Origin: Octopus vulgaris
Lineage: Eukaryota
Direction of reading: 5' to 3'
Length of the DNA: 64,000 bases
NCBI GenBank assembly: GCA_951406725.2
Contig: OX597815.1
Location: forward strand, 153,760,001 to 153,824,000
In this document: positions 13,400-26,123 of the stretch, piece after piece
Position numbering within the stretch: the first letter of the stretch is position 1
How the letters are laid out: the number at the start of each line of letters is the position of its first letter
The notes under the pieces: model-generated
What the model saw: the letters and a program-made list of their open reading frames with translations, nothing else
What the model was told of the DNA's origin: nothing
Database searches by the model: none
Program-made: the position numbers and the translations under genes

Positions 13400-16300
13400 C
13401 AGATATATGCACTTTGTATATATAAAAATTATTATATATACATATTTATATATAGATACACACACACATATATAAATTAACCCAATAAATATCTGATTCA
13501 TAATATTTGTTGTCATGATTGAGTGGTGGTGGTGGTGGTGATGATAATTCTCTCTATGAATGCAGACAGATGTAGAGAGTGAGAGTGTGTGAAAGCGCTG
13601 TGGAAGGCAGGGAGGGGGGATAACGGACGCTGTGAAACGACGTTATAAAGAGAAAGTGAATGTAAGGGAGGTAGACGCTGTGAAACGACGTTATAGATAG
13701 AAAGTGAAAGGAAGGGAGAAAAGTGAGTGAGTGATGGAGGAAGACAGATACATAAAAGAATGAGAATGTTGGATGTTTTGTTTGTTGGACCAATGTATTA
13801 AGGTAGTATTGTTTTATTGTTTTAAAACGAAAGAGGCAATGTGTTTGTTTCAAAATTTAAAAAATCTGTAATAGTGAATGAAATTAGAATTCACACCCAG
13901 CTCAGTTTTGTAGAAAGAGTATCACGATGTGAACTCATGAGTTGGGAGTTTGACTGAGAGAGTTTATATGGTGACACATGCCAGTCCTTTCGACACCACC
14001 TAAACAATGGAATTGTGTATAAAATGTAATTAACAACTCATTCACTTTATGAATGTCTTATGTTAGCGAAGAAACAATAACTTGACAAAACCGTTTAATG
14101 GAGACGTAGAAGGAATCGGAAAATGAGGAATAAAGAGAATGAGTTGGATCAAATGTTTGCAAACATCTGAACCCAATGTTCTTTATGAACCATGTTCTTT
14201 TTAATGTCTTTATTTTCAAGAATGAAGAGATAATGAAGAGGTGAAAAATAAAAGATCAAGCAAAATTTCATGACTTACAATCAGTTTTCTTTTGTCAGAG
14301 CCTCCTGATAAACCACGTTCCTTGTGCGCTCATGATTGCCAAGAATGAAGAGTTTATGTGGATTTCCAACTCGAGAACAGGTTACGTACAATTGACCATG
14401 ACTGAAAACCGGTTAATGCCTACAATGTCCAGTGATTGTCCCTGTGACTTGTTGATTGTCATCGCGAAGCATAGTTTTATCGGAAATTGAAAGCGTTTAA
14501 ACTGAATGGGAACATCAGAGGATGAAATACTCATTTTATGTATCATTTTGATTGTTCCTACAAATGGTCCACTCAAAATTTCAGCAGTTATAACATGGCT
14601 TTGAATCCTCCTAATAACCATTCGGGTTCCATTGCATATTTCAGGAGTTTCCATATTTCTGAGCACCATGATTGGAGCACCAACTTTCAAACACAAATGA
14701 TGAGGTGGAAGTCCCGGAGGTGTTAGCTTGTTGAGTAGCTCGGGTGGATATTTGACTGCATCATTCTCATCTTTATTTGTATCGATGGACATGAAAGAAA
14801 CTATCTCACCGGGATTCATATCAAGTACTTGTTTACTTGTAGCATGAGGTGTTGTATTATGAGGCGATAGAATAGCTCTTGCTCTTAGCCAATCGAGATC
14901 CTGGAAGTTGGTTTCGACGTCAGGTAAAACGGCTCTTATAAGTTCTTCTACATTTGGAAATTCCCAAAAGGCAACCGAATATGCTCATCATCAACGAAAG
15001 GCAAAACTCCATCACCAAGATCTAATAGGTGGACTCTCATGTTTGTTTGAAGATGGTGACTGATAACACTGTGCCACACATAAGAATACTTTATACATGC
15101 ATTAACCTCATCGGCTCTAGTGCCTGCTCGGACAACAGGAAGAGTTTGTCGAAAATCCCCTGCCATGAGAAACGTAGCTCCACCCATTATTTTTGTATTG
15201 CGACGCAAATCTTGGAGAGTTCTGTCAAGAGCCTCAAACATGGCCTTATTACTCATTGTAGCCTCATCCCAAATAAAAAGACTGCATTCACGAAGAAGTC
15301 TTGCTCTTGAGGAACTACGATCTATATTACATATAGGATTATCTTTCTTTCCAATGTCCATGGGCAATTTGAATGCACTATGTGCCGTACGGCCGCCTTG
15401 AAGCAGTGTCGCTGCAATACCACTTGAGGCACATGCAATGGCAATTCGACGTTCAGCGCGCAGCTTTGCGAGAATCAAATTGATAACGAAAGTTTTACCA
15501 GTACCACCTGGAGCATTCAAAAAGAAAAGCTTTCCTTGGTTCAATCTAACGCTGTCAATAATTTCATTATAAATCTCTCTTTGTTCAGGCAAAAGTCTTG
15601 GTTCATCTCGCGTAATTGTTTCCGTCAATTCGGCAATGTTGTAGTTTTTTTCTGACATGTATTCAACATCCAAAGGCGCTTCATGATGGACCAGTGTTGG
15701 CAGATGGAATTCACTTAAACCGCGTATAACATAGCGTCTGATGTGTCTGTCCATGTCGATTAATGCCTCATTATAAACATCGTCGTTGCCATCACGTAGC
15801 GCTAAATTAGCCTGTATGTCATTTGATAGGCTCTGTCTGAACGATTCCCAAAGGTTAAGAGGGTTGCTGGGATTACAGTGGATTAATATTCTACAAAACA
15901 ATCGACGCATTTGCCATGGCAGTTTACAATTTGAGGCCTCTGCTAATGTCCTGTGTAAGTGGTCGTCATTGAGAAGAAGTCCGCGCCTCAAACATGCTTC
16001 CCTGTAAGTGGCGCAGATGATACCATCAACCGTGCGAAGATCAGCAAAAGACTTCGGTCCAGTAACTACATGAAGTAGCACTCTCAAAAAGATTTCCTGT
16101 TTGGTAGGATGAATATTATACACACGCCCAATGACGTTCTTCCTAGAAACACCGGGCCAATTGTCAAGTTCTGTTCCATGTGACCTGCGCTTCCAATTAT
16201 TGTTGTTGTATGTGTAATATTCCGGTACTTCAGGGTAAATGAGAGTAGCAGCAAACTCATCAACTGAACACAATTTAAAAAATGCTGTAAGCGTAGTCCC

Positions 16301-16428
16301 TTTTGGATTTTCAATGACTTGACGTGCATTTTTCTCTGTGAAGTAAACCAGCTGTCTCTTCTGTAAATGAACATTCAGGTGGAAAACTGATGGTGAGCTT
16401 AGATGAATCTCGTATCCAAAAATGCGCC
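13283..16428 (-). mobile_element. Helitron, 5'-truncated: RepHel (Pif1 helicase) fragments and canonical 3' terminus
   Basis: APGGTGKT, IWDEATM, GDFRQTLPV, CNGTR and FAMTINKSQGQS. The 3' hairpin acccgc-gcgtaga-gcgggt (13296-13314) is followed by CTAG|T at 13283. Confidence 0.95.
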
Positions 16429-16528
16429 GCTACTCAGAGTTTTACATTCCCGTTCGTCGGGCAGAATCTTGATCAAGATACTTCATTGCAACTGCTTGAC
16501 GAACGGAAACGTGAAACTCTGAGTAGCA
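16429..16528. ncRNA. Inverted pair of minimal hammerhead-like motifs
   Basis: The + strand at 16493-16528 reads tgc-TTGACGA-acg gaaa cgt-GAAA-ctc t gag-TA-gca. A more degenerate inverted copy lies at 16429-16463. Confidence 0.65.
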
Positions 16529-16553
16529 TTTTTGTAGTGCTTTTGCAGCTTTG

Positions 16554-16615
<62 letters not shown>

Positions 16616-16684
16616 GCATATTACTCTACCTTCGGTATTCGAGTACTATTTTTTTAACCTTGTTTTGCATGTATGTGCTTACTC

Positions 16685-16834
<150 letters not shown>

Positions 16835-16950
16835 ATATAAATATATATATATATAAGGTTAATCCAAACGGGAAAACAGAAAAAACAACAACACGTGGAA
16901 CAATTACAGTATTATTATTATTAGGCGCTCAGGAAAATGGAAGAAGGAGG

Positions 16951-16987
16951 GTATGACGTTTCGAGCGGAGCTCTTCGTCGGAAACAT
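16951..16987 (-). ncRNA. Degenerate minimal hammerhead in a Penelope-type tail next to (TA)n
   Basis: CCGACGA-a-gagc tcc gctc-GAAA-cg-TC. The core has U4>C and stem I is weak. Confidence 0.5.
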
Positions 16988-17739
16988 AAGAGAAGGAAGA
17001 AAGAAGAAAGAAAGATCCCGATGTGGGCGAACAGAGGGAAAAAAACGCGACTGGTGTTTACGAAGTACACATGCTGAAAGGCCGGAAGTTTTGGATAACA
17101 AGGGCAAAGTAGGTTTTTAAAGCCAAAAGAGTGGAGACAGGAAGGTTGGTAACAAAAATGATGTGTATGTATGTGTGAGTGTGTGCGTGTGCGTGTGTGT
17201 ATGTGTGTGTGAGGCGAGATAAAAAAACAAAAAATATATGTATATGTTAGTGCGTGCGTCTGTATGTAAGTGTGTGTGGTAGAGCGAACAGTAGTTGACA
17301 TAGCAAGTCTCAAGTGAGTGGTCAGTGGTAAAAAAAGGAGGAAGGAGGGAAGAAGGGAAGGAGGGAAAGGGTGGGGGCGTATGTAACGTGCCAGTGTGTG
17401 TGTTGAGTGGTAGTGTGTGTGTGTGTCCAGTGTGCGTAGTTGTATGTATGGCAAGTAAATTTGAAGTGTGTGTAAGTGTAATGTATATATATGCAAATGT
17501 GTGTGTGTGTGAGTGGGTGTGTGTATGTGTGTGCGTGTGTGTACAAAAAGGGGGTGTATTAAGGAAAAAAACCGCAGCTGAGGGAAAGATGGAAGAGTGG
17601 TCCCGCGGCGACAGGCGTGGGAGAACCCAAAGACACGCGCCAGCCCCAGATACGAACAGGAGATCTAGTCGGTACCCACGAGCGTGGGGCATGCATGCGT
17701 GTATGCGTGCGCGAACGCGCACAAGCGTGTATGTGCGCG

Positions 17740-18900
17740 CGCCTGCAAGTGTGTGTGTAAGTATGTGTGTGTGTGGATGTGTGAGTGTGTCTGTGTGTAT
17801 GTCTGGGTGTCAGTGTGTCCGATGAATGTATGTAAGTATGTGTGTGCATATGTGTGTGTATAGATGTATGTCCGTGTGTGTGTGTGTGTGTGTATGTGTA
17901 TGAGTGTGTATGTATGTACGTGTGTGTGTGTGGAAGTGTGTGTATGTGCATGTGTGTGCGCGTACATGCAGGTGTGTGAGTGAGTGTGTGTGTGTGTATG
18001 TATGTGTGAGTGTGTATGTCTGTGTGTGTAGGATGCATGTATGTGTATGGGTGTATGTATGTGTGTGCGTATGTATGTATGTGTACGTGCGTGTGTGTGT
18101 GTGTATGCATGTATGCATGTATGCGTACTGCGCGTGTGCATGCATGCATGCATGTGTGTGTGTGTGTGCATGTGTGTAGGTATATATGTATGTGCGTATA
18201 TGTGTGTGTATGTGCGTACATGTGTGTGTGTGTATGCATGTGTGTGTATGTAGGTGTGTAGGCGTGTGTGTGTCCGTGTAAGTATGTATGGGTGTGTCCG
18301 TGTATGTGTGTGTATGCATGTGTGTGTATGTAGGTGTGTAGGCGTGTGTGTATAGGTGTATGTATGTATGGGTGTGTCCGTGTATGTTTGTGTGTGTGTG
18401 TGTATGCATGTGTATGTAGGTGTGTGTGTACGTATGTAATATACGTATGTATGCGTGTGTGTGCGTGTGTATGCGTGTGTGTGTGTATGTAGGTGCGTAT
18501 GTATGTGTGTGGGAGTGTAGGTGTGTGTGTGCGTGTATGTGTGCGTGTGCGTGTATATGTTGGTGTGTGTGTATGTGAGTGTGAGTGTATGGGTGTTTGT
18601 CATGCATGTGTGTGCGCGTGCAGGCGAGTGTGTGTGTAAGTATGTGTGTATGTATGTGTGAGTGTGTATGTGTGTATGTCTGTGTGTATGTATGTGCGTA
18701 TAGGAGTATGTAAGTATGTGTGTGTGTGTGTGTGTGGGTGTATGTATGTATGTATGTATGTATGTATGTATGTGTGTGTGCATGTGTGTAAGTATATGTG
18801 TGTGTGCGTATGTATGTGTATGTGTATGTGTGTGTGTTTATGTATGTGTGTATGTATGTGTGTAGGCGTGTGTGTATAGGTGTATGTATTTATGGGTGTG

Positions 18901-18953
<53 letters not shown>
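17740..18953. repeat. ~1.2-kb degenerate (GT)n/(GTAT)n compound microsatellite ending in (TA)n
   Basis: Direct reading. It accounts for the His/Thr- and Val/Cys-rich spurious ORFs in this interval. Confidence 0.95.
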
Positions 18954-18956
<3 letters not shown>

Positions 18957-19279
18957 TACTCCCTCGTGTACGACGACGTAGGTTCCAGTTGATTCAATTA
19001 ACGCGACAACCTGCTCGTGAAATTAACATGCAAGTGGCTGAGCCATAGACACGTATACCCTTTATGTAGTTCTCGGGGAGATTCAGCATGACACTGAGGC
19101 TGGCCCTTAGAAATACACGTACAGCAGAAAGAGGAAGAAAGAATGAGAGAAAGTTGTCGGAGCCTCGTTGTGCTCAAAGAGTTTTCGCTCAATAAACACT
19201 CACAACACCCGGTCAGGAAATTGAAACCGCGATTCTATGACCGTGAGTCCGCTGCCTTAACAACTGGGTCATTGCGCCT

Positions 19280-19314
<35 letters not shown>

Positions 19315-20344
19315 GAGTGAAGAACAGAGTGTAATTGGAATTATGTTTATTCTATAGTTACAATTGTTTCAACATGTGGTTAAGAAATCAAACATAATCT
19401 ATGGAGACATGATGAAAATATTGATATAGTTATGTGTATTATGTAGTATATATTACAATATAAGCTCCACAACCATTTAATCATACCTGAAAGATAAATT
19501 GGCTATTTCTCTTGAAGAAGAAGACCTGCACTGTATTAGACGTACCCAAATTTAAGTGGGAGGAGCCAATATTAGAATCTCAACAAGACAGTAAATAGAG
19601 AGGTCAGTAATGTTTTAATACTATGATTAGATAGGTTCCGTTCATCAATCAATTCCGATTGTCAGACAAACGTCTGCTTATTAGAAAATATAAAAGTCAG
19701 CGGTTTTAGTAAATCAGTACAGATCGTACCTACAATATTTGCTAATTATACAACATACCAGCTGCTTACAGAGATTTACTGTTCAGCCTTATGTCAGCCT
19801 TGATTGAACAGATCTTTGACAAAAGGTTCTCAACCATGACATCGCCGTCTTCTAACCTATCTATGATGACATTTACCAGTCCGCTTTCTTTTTCGTTTTT
19901 CAGACTGTGAAGGTGAAAGACATTTGACTGTCACCTCTGGCAAGTTGAGTGATTACGCAGATGCTCTTTCGATGTTTGTTTACATGTTTCAGCCAGAAAC
20001 AGCGTGCTATATAACAGATATGAAGATCTAATCATTTTGTTCGTGAGCTTGACATCTTATCAACTTTAATGATTTACATATTGCTACTTGAACCTATTCA
20101 TGCAACTACACCTACGACCTTTTGTATGTTAGAAAATGAACAGTCATTGAATTTTAGAGCTTATTCCGTACAAACACTTGATGATAAATTCTAACAAGAG
20201 TACAAAGACACTTTATTTGCTACATTAATAATATTGTAAACATATTTAGGTCTAGTACATATACTTATCGAGTAGACTATGCAAGTATTTTCTATATTCT
20301 GTGTTATCTAAAGCAGATAACTAAAGACAGTTAAGCTGGAGCGT

Positions 20345-20410
<66 letters not shown>

Positions 20411-21347
20411 ACATGCACGCACACACACACACACAGAGGCCTTGTCAGAGTTCTGAATTTAGCGGAAGCGAGCACATAAAAGAAAGGGCGCCGTGACACA
20501 TACCAAACCGTTTTTAATTATTTATGAAACTTAGAACTACTGATATTGGTGTGACGAGAAAAAAAATTAAGCTTCACGAGATCGTCCAGTGCGGAGAGGT
20601 TCTAACGTTCAGGGTTTTGTTTAGGTTCTCCAGATGTCAGCGTCCCCCAACACATCACAGGAGATCGAGCTGACATTAAAAAAACAAGGGAAGTCGGTCA
20701 AGTAAAGCAATGACTCCAGAAAGTTCTTCTAAGGTTGTACAATAAAAAAAAAGATTCGACCTTTTTCACATAAGTGGACTAAAAATTTAAAACGAATTGA
20801 AAAAAAGCTCATTTTGAAAAATCTGCTTATGGGGAGCGGTGGGTACTATTGCCTACCTATTTGATATGTCACAGCACACAGCACACACCACACACCGACT
20901 AGCGTACCTAGAGTGTGTGCCGCCCCGGGAGGGCATTCCGTTTGCCGCCCCGGACCCACAAAAAACACATATTGCCTACAACAGACCCCCAAAGTGGAGC
21001 CCCTTTAAACGTGCCGCCCGGGGTGGACCGCCTCTACCACCCCACTCTTAGCTACGCTAGTGCACACACCACGTGTACGCATATTTTTATCCGGTGATCG
21101 TCAACTCGAATTCGAGTGTAAACATTTTCCCATTGCAGACATATGTCTGTAACGGATTTGGTAAATTTAAAATGATTTCTTTTGTACTGTGAACCATTTA
21201 CCATTTCTCTGGTGCCCCTCCCCTTCCCTAATCTTGATTTTTATTTCATTTATTTGACTATTTATGTTTTACTTGTTTAGTCATTAGACTGAAACAAGTC
21301 ATGCTGGGGAAACGTCTTGGAGAAATTTTTGTCGAATGAATTCACCC

Positions 21348-21519
21348 AGTTCTATATTTAAGAGATGAGGAATTATGTACATTATTTACATTTGACGGAT
21401 ATTTGTCCTCATTCTGTTTATTGTTAACACAACGTTTCGGCTAATATACACTCCAGCCTTCATCAGGTGTCTTGGGGGAAATTTCGAACCTGGATTCTCA
21501 TTCGTAAGGTACTTTTCGA

Positions 21520-21564
<45 letters not shown>

Positions 21565-21723
21565 CAGGTCACTGCGTGAAATCGAACTCGGAATCTTAGG
21601 GTTATTAGTCCGCTCTCTTAACCACTACGCCATATGCGATATATATACGGTATATTAGCCGAAATGTTGTGTTAACAGCAAACATGAGGAGGACAAATAT
21701 CCGTCAAATATAAATAATGTAAG
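21348..21723 (-). mobile_element. Composite tRNA-headed SINE with hammerhead ribozyme and inverted 3'-end duplication
   Basis: tRNA-like head at 21637-21567, then (AAT)n, a hammerhead at 21471-21426 and a tail. An inverted copy of the tail lies at 21650-21721. The direct repeat gaattcaccc occurs at 21338-21347 and 21724-21733. Confidence 0.8.
21426..21471 (-). ncRNA. Minimal type I hammerhead ribozyme
   Basis: gacac-CTGATGA-a-ggct...agcc-GAAA-cg-TT-gtgtt. Stem I has 5 bp, stem II pairs, stem III is the palindrome ACGT and the cleavage triplet is GUU. Confidence 0.8.
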
Positions 21724-23763
21724 GAATTCACCCTAGTACTTTTTTTTTTATAAAAGCCTGGACTTGTTCTATCGGTCTCTTTTGCCGAATCGCTAAGTTA
21801 CGGGGACGTAAATACACCAGCAATGGTGGAGGACAAACATAAATACACACACACACGCACAATATATATATATATATATATATACACATATCCTATATAT
21901 ATATATGTGGTTGGGAAGTAAGCTTCTTATCACACAGCGACGCATATCCTTTTTGTTTTGGCCAAAAATGTAGCACTATTTCGTTATGAAACACACCAAC
22001 AGCATCTGTGCTCTCGTATCATTCATCCAAACTGTACTTTAGTTCAAATGAGTTCATATCTAAACTTAAAATACACCAGTTCTCTGTTGGTACCGTTGGA
22101 GCGTCTCATGCTAATCTGTTCTGGATTACTAGTCAGGTTTTTAAAAGTGAATGTACAGGCGACGTTATTTCCGGCTTCTTTAACATGTAGAGTGTCAACA
22201 TTACACGGTTATCAGGCATTATGTTTCACTTTTAAGTATGCAATTAAAATTTTCTCAAACTACGAGCTACTTTTCCTAATTATAGAGCAGCATTTATTTC
22301 TATTCAATGCGAAACGTTCCTAATAAACTCATTGTTAATCTTCTAGCATCTAGAATACTCTGTCAAATGTAATACTTATTCAAAAATTTTTAATTAATCA
22401 TTAGCATCTTATAGCTTTGAGATTTTGATGACGTGATTCTTTATTTTTAGAATGGCATTGTAGGGTACGTGTGAGAGGCTGGATCAGATCAGTTTGAATA
22501 TAACCCAGGTAGAACTTTTGGGCCTGATATGGCCGGTTTAAATGCTAAAAGCCGTTTTTGTGACATCATGATACACCTAATTCTCTATACAGTCTTAATG
22601 ATTTCAGTATGCCGAAATCATTAAGACGGATGACACGATTAACCAGTGGCATATGGAACTTGATAGAATGGGTTTCCATATTAAGAAAGACTACTGTTTT
22701 CCCAGCACATCTGTGTCAGGTGTAAAAGACTTGCAACTGATGTTAAATACACACACGCCTTCAATGCTAGAAGTATAGAAGGTATATATCATTGAAATAT
22801 ATGAAGCTTTCTCAATCTTTAAGTTATTAATATTGTTGGAGATATATTGCATACGAACGGTTGTATTGTTGTGGTTCACTTAGAATAATACACTCAGAAA
22901 ATAATGAACTTCTTCCGTAATTCTACTGCTTTTGAGATTACTTACTGTAAGCATAAAGAATGCTGATGTTAGACCTGCTACAGGAGAGATATGTGCAAAA
23001 CCGAATATGTTTGTTCAGGGCTCATACTGGCTTTAGTAGATTTCTTTGTGTATTTTAGAAAACTCTTGCTCTGGGGATGAATCCCAAGATTTCGGACACA
23101 TGTATATCTATGCATATACATATTTATATGTCTGTCTGTCTGTCTGTCTGTTTGTTTGTTTGTATGTGTGTATACACACATATGTGTGTTTGTAATGAAG
23201 ATGTAGGCGCAGTTACCTCCCCTGACGGCGGCTGCCTAATTAGCTGGCCAGCAGAGGGCATACGCAACATTAAATGTTCAGACACTCACCTCTTCCTCTT
23301 TTGGCATCTTGACGTCGTAGAGCAAGGATATGATCTAGTTGGCTCTCTCACGATACGCGGTGACTAGTAAACAGGAGGCAACGCACAGAAGACCATGGCC
23401 TCCATGCATCAAACCATTTCCATTTACTATTCAGCTTGTATATATATGTGAGGCCGACATTAAAAGTATTTAAGGTTACAACTTTGTCTTATGTATTTCT
23501 TTGTAACGTGTTCCTATCATATGATATTACAGCCTTCTGAGTAGAGTCAGCCTTTAGATGACTCCACAACCCTGATTCAAACAGAAACAGACTAACAAAA
23601 AGAATCTAAACGATAGGGCAGCATAAAATTCAATAATGTCATTTATTTAAAGAAATATACTCAAATTCATGCTTCCAAGATTTGTAATGGTGAATTAATA
23701 GGTGTGATGGTGTCATCAACGAGGAGCAAAAAGGGGAAATCTTAGAAAATTACTGCTTATATA

Positions 23764-24759
23764 TTGGGTTGGCAACTAAGTTCCCGCCGTTTTTTTAAAT
23801 TTTGGAATTTATTGCGTTTTTAAATTTTGGAATCTACTTTTTTCGAGAATTCTATTTTTGAATCATTTTGGAATCTATTTTCTTTTTTATTCTAGTTAAT
23901 TTTTGTTTATTTTCAGATCATTAAATTGGAATGTTAAGTTAAGAAATGCGAGCATTTTCGACACCTCCTTCTTTTTGCTTTTAATCAAGGTTCTAAAACC
24001 GCAAAAGCTGTTCGCGACATTTGTGCTGTGTATGGAGAGGGTGCCATAGCTGAAAGAACCGCTCGTGATTGGCATGCTAAGTTCAAAGATGGAAATTTTG
24101 ACCTTAAACACGCACCTCGTTCTGGCCGTCCAGTTGAGTTCGATGAAGAGCGATTAAACCAACTTTTGCACGAAAATTCTCGTCAAACGTCAAGGGAACT
24201 GGCGTGTGAACAGGATCTTCGTCCGCGTAAAACGATGTTGTGCGTATGGTGGGACTGGGAAGGGATTATCCATTACGAACTGCTTGAACGGAACCAAACG
24301 GTCAACGCAGAACTCTATGTTCAACAAAGGAAGCCACTCAACACGGCTATTCAAGAGAAAAGACCTAATCGGAAGCATAGATTTCTGCTGCACGACAACG
24401 CCTGCCCTCATATCGCCAAAATGACAAAGGAAGCCATTCAAACGCATGGCTGGGAAGTGCTAGCACACCTGCCGTTCTCTCTTGATTTGACAACAATGGA
24501 TTTCCATCTCTTTCGACCTCTTTCAAATGCTATACGCAGAGTTTCGTTCAATACCGATGCAGAATTGAGAGCTTGGTTGGATCAATTTTTCGAGTCGAAA
24601 TCGGATGATTTCTACCAGCGAGGTATTGAAAAATCTTGTTGAACGTTGGGAAGTTGTAAACAACAAGGGTGAAACATTATTAATTAGTTGTTATATTTCA
24701 TTAAATCTTGAAAAAAATTTAAATTTAAAAAAACGACGGGAACTTAGTTGCCAAACTAA
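23764..24759 (+). mobile_element. Mariner element with both TIRs and an internal deletion
   Basis: TIRs ttgggttggcaactaagttccc and gggaacttagttgccaaactaa with TA flanks. Encodes PRSGRP, MLCVWWD, LLHDNACPH and DFHLF, but lacks the WVPH/first-Asp region. Confidence 0.93.
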
Positions 24760-26054
24760 TAGAAAGTTGCCGGAGTTTAGAAATTAACATCGAAAGTAAC
24801 AGAAGCCGAAAATATTGTAAATTTAAATGAGTTACAAACAAATTGCAGATACGAGAGCTACTAGTTGAACGTTCTGCATATCGGACACTCACAGACTTAG
24901 AGGGTCATGATAAACGAATGTCCACCGTTTCGAGACCTTCCCTTCGACAGCATTGCTGCACATCGGTTACCCTCACTGAGATGAGGCATCACTTGCTACA
25001 ACAGGTTAGCGGCTTCACTCATTCTTCTAGCCAATGATCATCGTTTCTTTTTAACCACATCCAAGCTTATTAACCAAGCTACATTAGAGTGACTTGTCTA
25101 CTGAAATGTAGCTTGAATATCACTCAAGATCGTATTTGTTTTAGGCTAAGTTAGGACTATCGACAACAACCATTGTCTCATACCGCTTCGAAGGTATCCT
25201 CTGCATCCAAATTTGATTGGATTATGTTCTACTTTTCAGCTTGCCTCTTCACCTTTCTCAAAATATTCGTATCAGTCAAGTGGCGTCCATGTTATCTTCA
25301 TAAGAAGTCGTCGACAAGATTAGCCATTTTCTTTTCTTCAGTATCTGGTTTCTGCGTAACTGCAATGGGGAAGATTCTTTGACAACCTGACAAATCTGCA
25401 GTCACCTTCCGAAACTCGTTCCAGTTTTCATCGTTCATAGAAACTTTCTTCAAGCGGAGCTACTGTCCTGAACGAACGAAGGTGATGAAATCTCTGGCTA
25501 GTTCCCTCTGCAGTTTCTTGCTACTGCTGATTAGAGCAATTTGGTACTTCACAGCATTGAAGGGAACCTTAAGAAATAAATTATATCTCCAGGTATTTGC
25601 ATCCATCAATAAGATATTTTCGACTTACTGTATTTTTTGCGTTAATTTCTAGACTTGGCTGGCTTCCTATATAAGAAGTAATTTTCTGGAAAAGTATCCT
25701 CTTTTTGTTCTCTACATCACACCGTTTATTTCACTGCTACAAGTATTGAATCAGAGAATGTGTATATATTTTCCTTAACGGATTACATTATTTCATTTCT
25801 ACTTTTCAACTCCTCGGACTAGTTGAAATTAAAGCGACTGAAGAAGGGGAATTTTCTTTGTTTTGTATGTCCTGTACTCTATTTTTTCGTTGTTTTAAAA
25901 AAATGTCCATTTCTTTGGTTTTGTGTTTATGTTTTCGTTTCTCATTGTGTTCGACGTTTTTTTGGTGTCCTGTACCCATATATGCATGTATATATACATG
26001 TAGAGGTAGGTACGTACATATATTTTATGTATATATGCATATATTTTATTTATT

Positions 26055-26119
<65 letters not shown>

Positions 26120-26123
<4 letters not shown>

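Noticed and set aside
16921-18992. Long His/Thr- and Val/Cys-rich ORFs (up to 372 aa)
   Set aside because: They are translations of (CA)/(GT) microsatellites, which lack stop codons.
19345-19650. Hammerhead 3' half GAAAC-aatt-GTA on the minus strand (similar at 5770-5785)
   Set aside because: No matching CUGANGA with pairing stems at a plausible distance. At most a relic.
20408-21062. Possible non-autonomous DNA transposon within (CA)n
   Set aside because: Only the right end (agctacgctagtg) looks TIR-like. No convincing left TIR or TSD.
21567-21637. Functional tRNA gene (also considered at 8190-8263 and 56930-57000)
   Set aside because: A and B boxes are present, but the acceptor stem does not pair and each head continues into a repeat body, so these are SINE heads.
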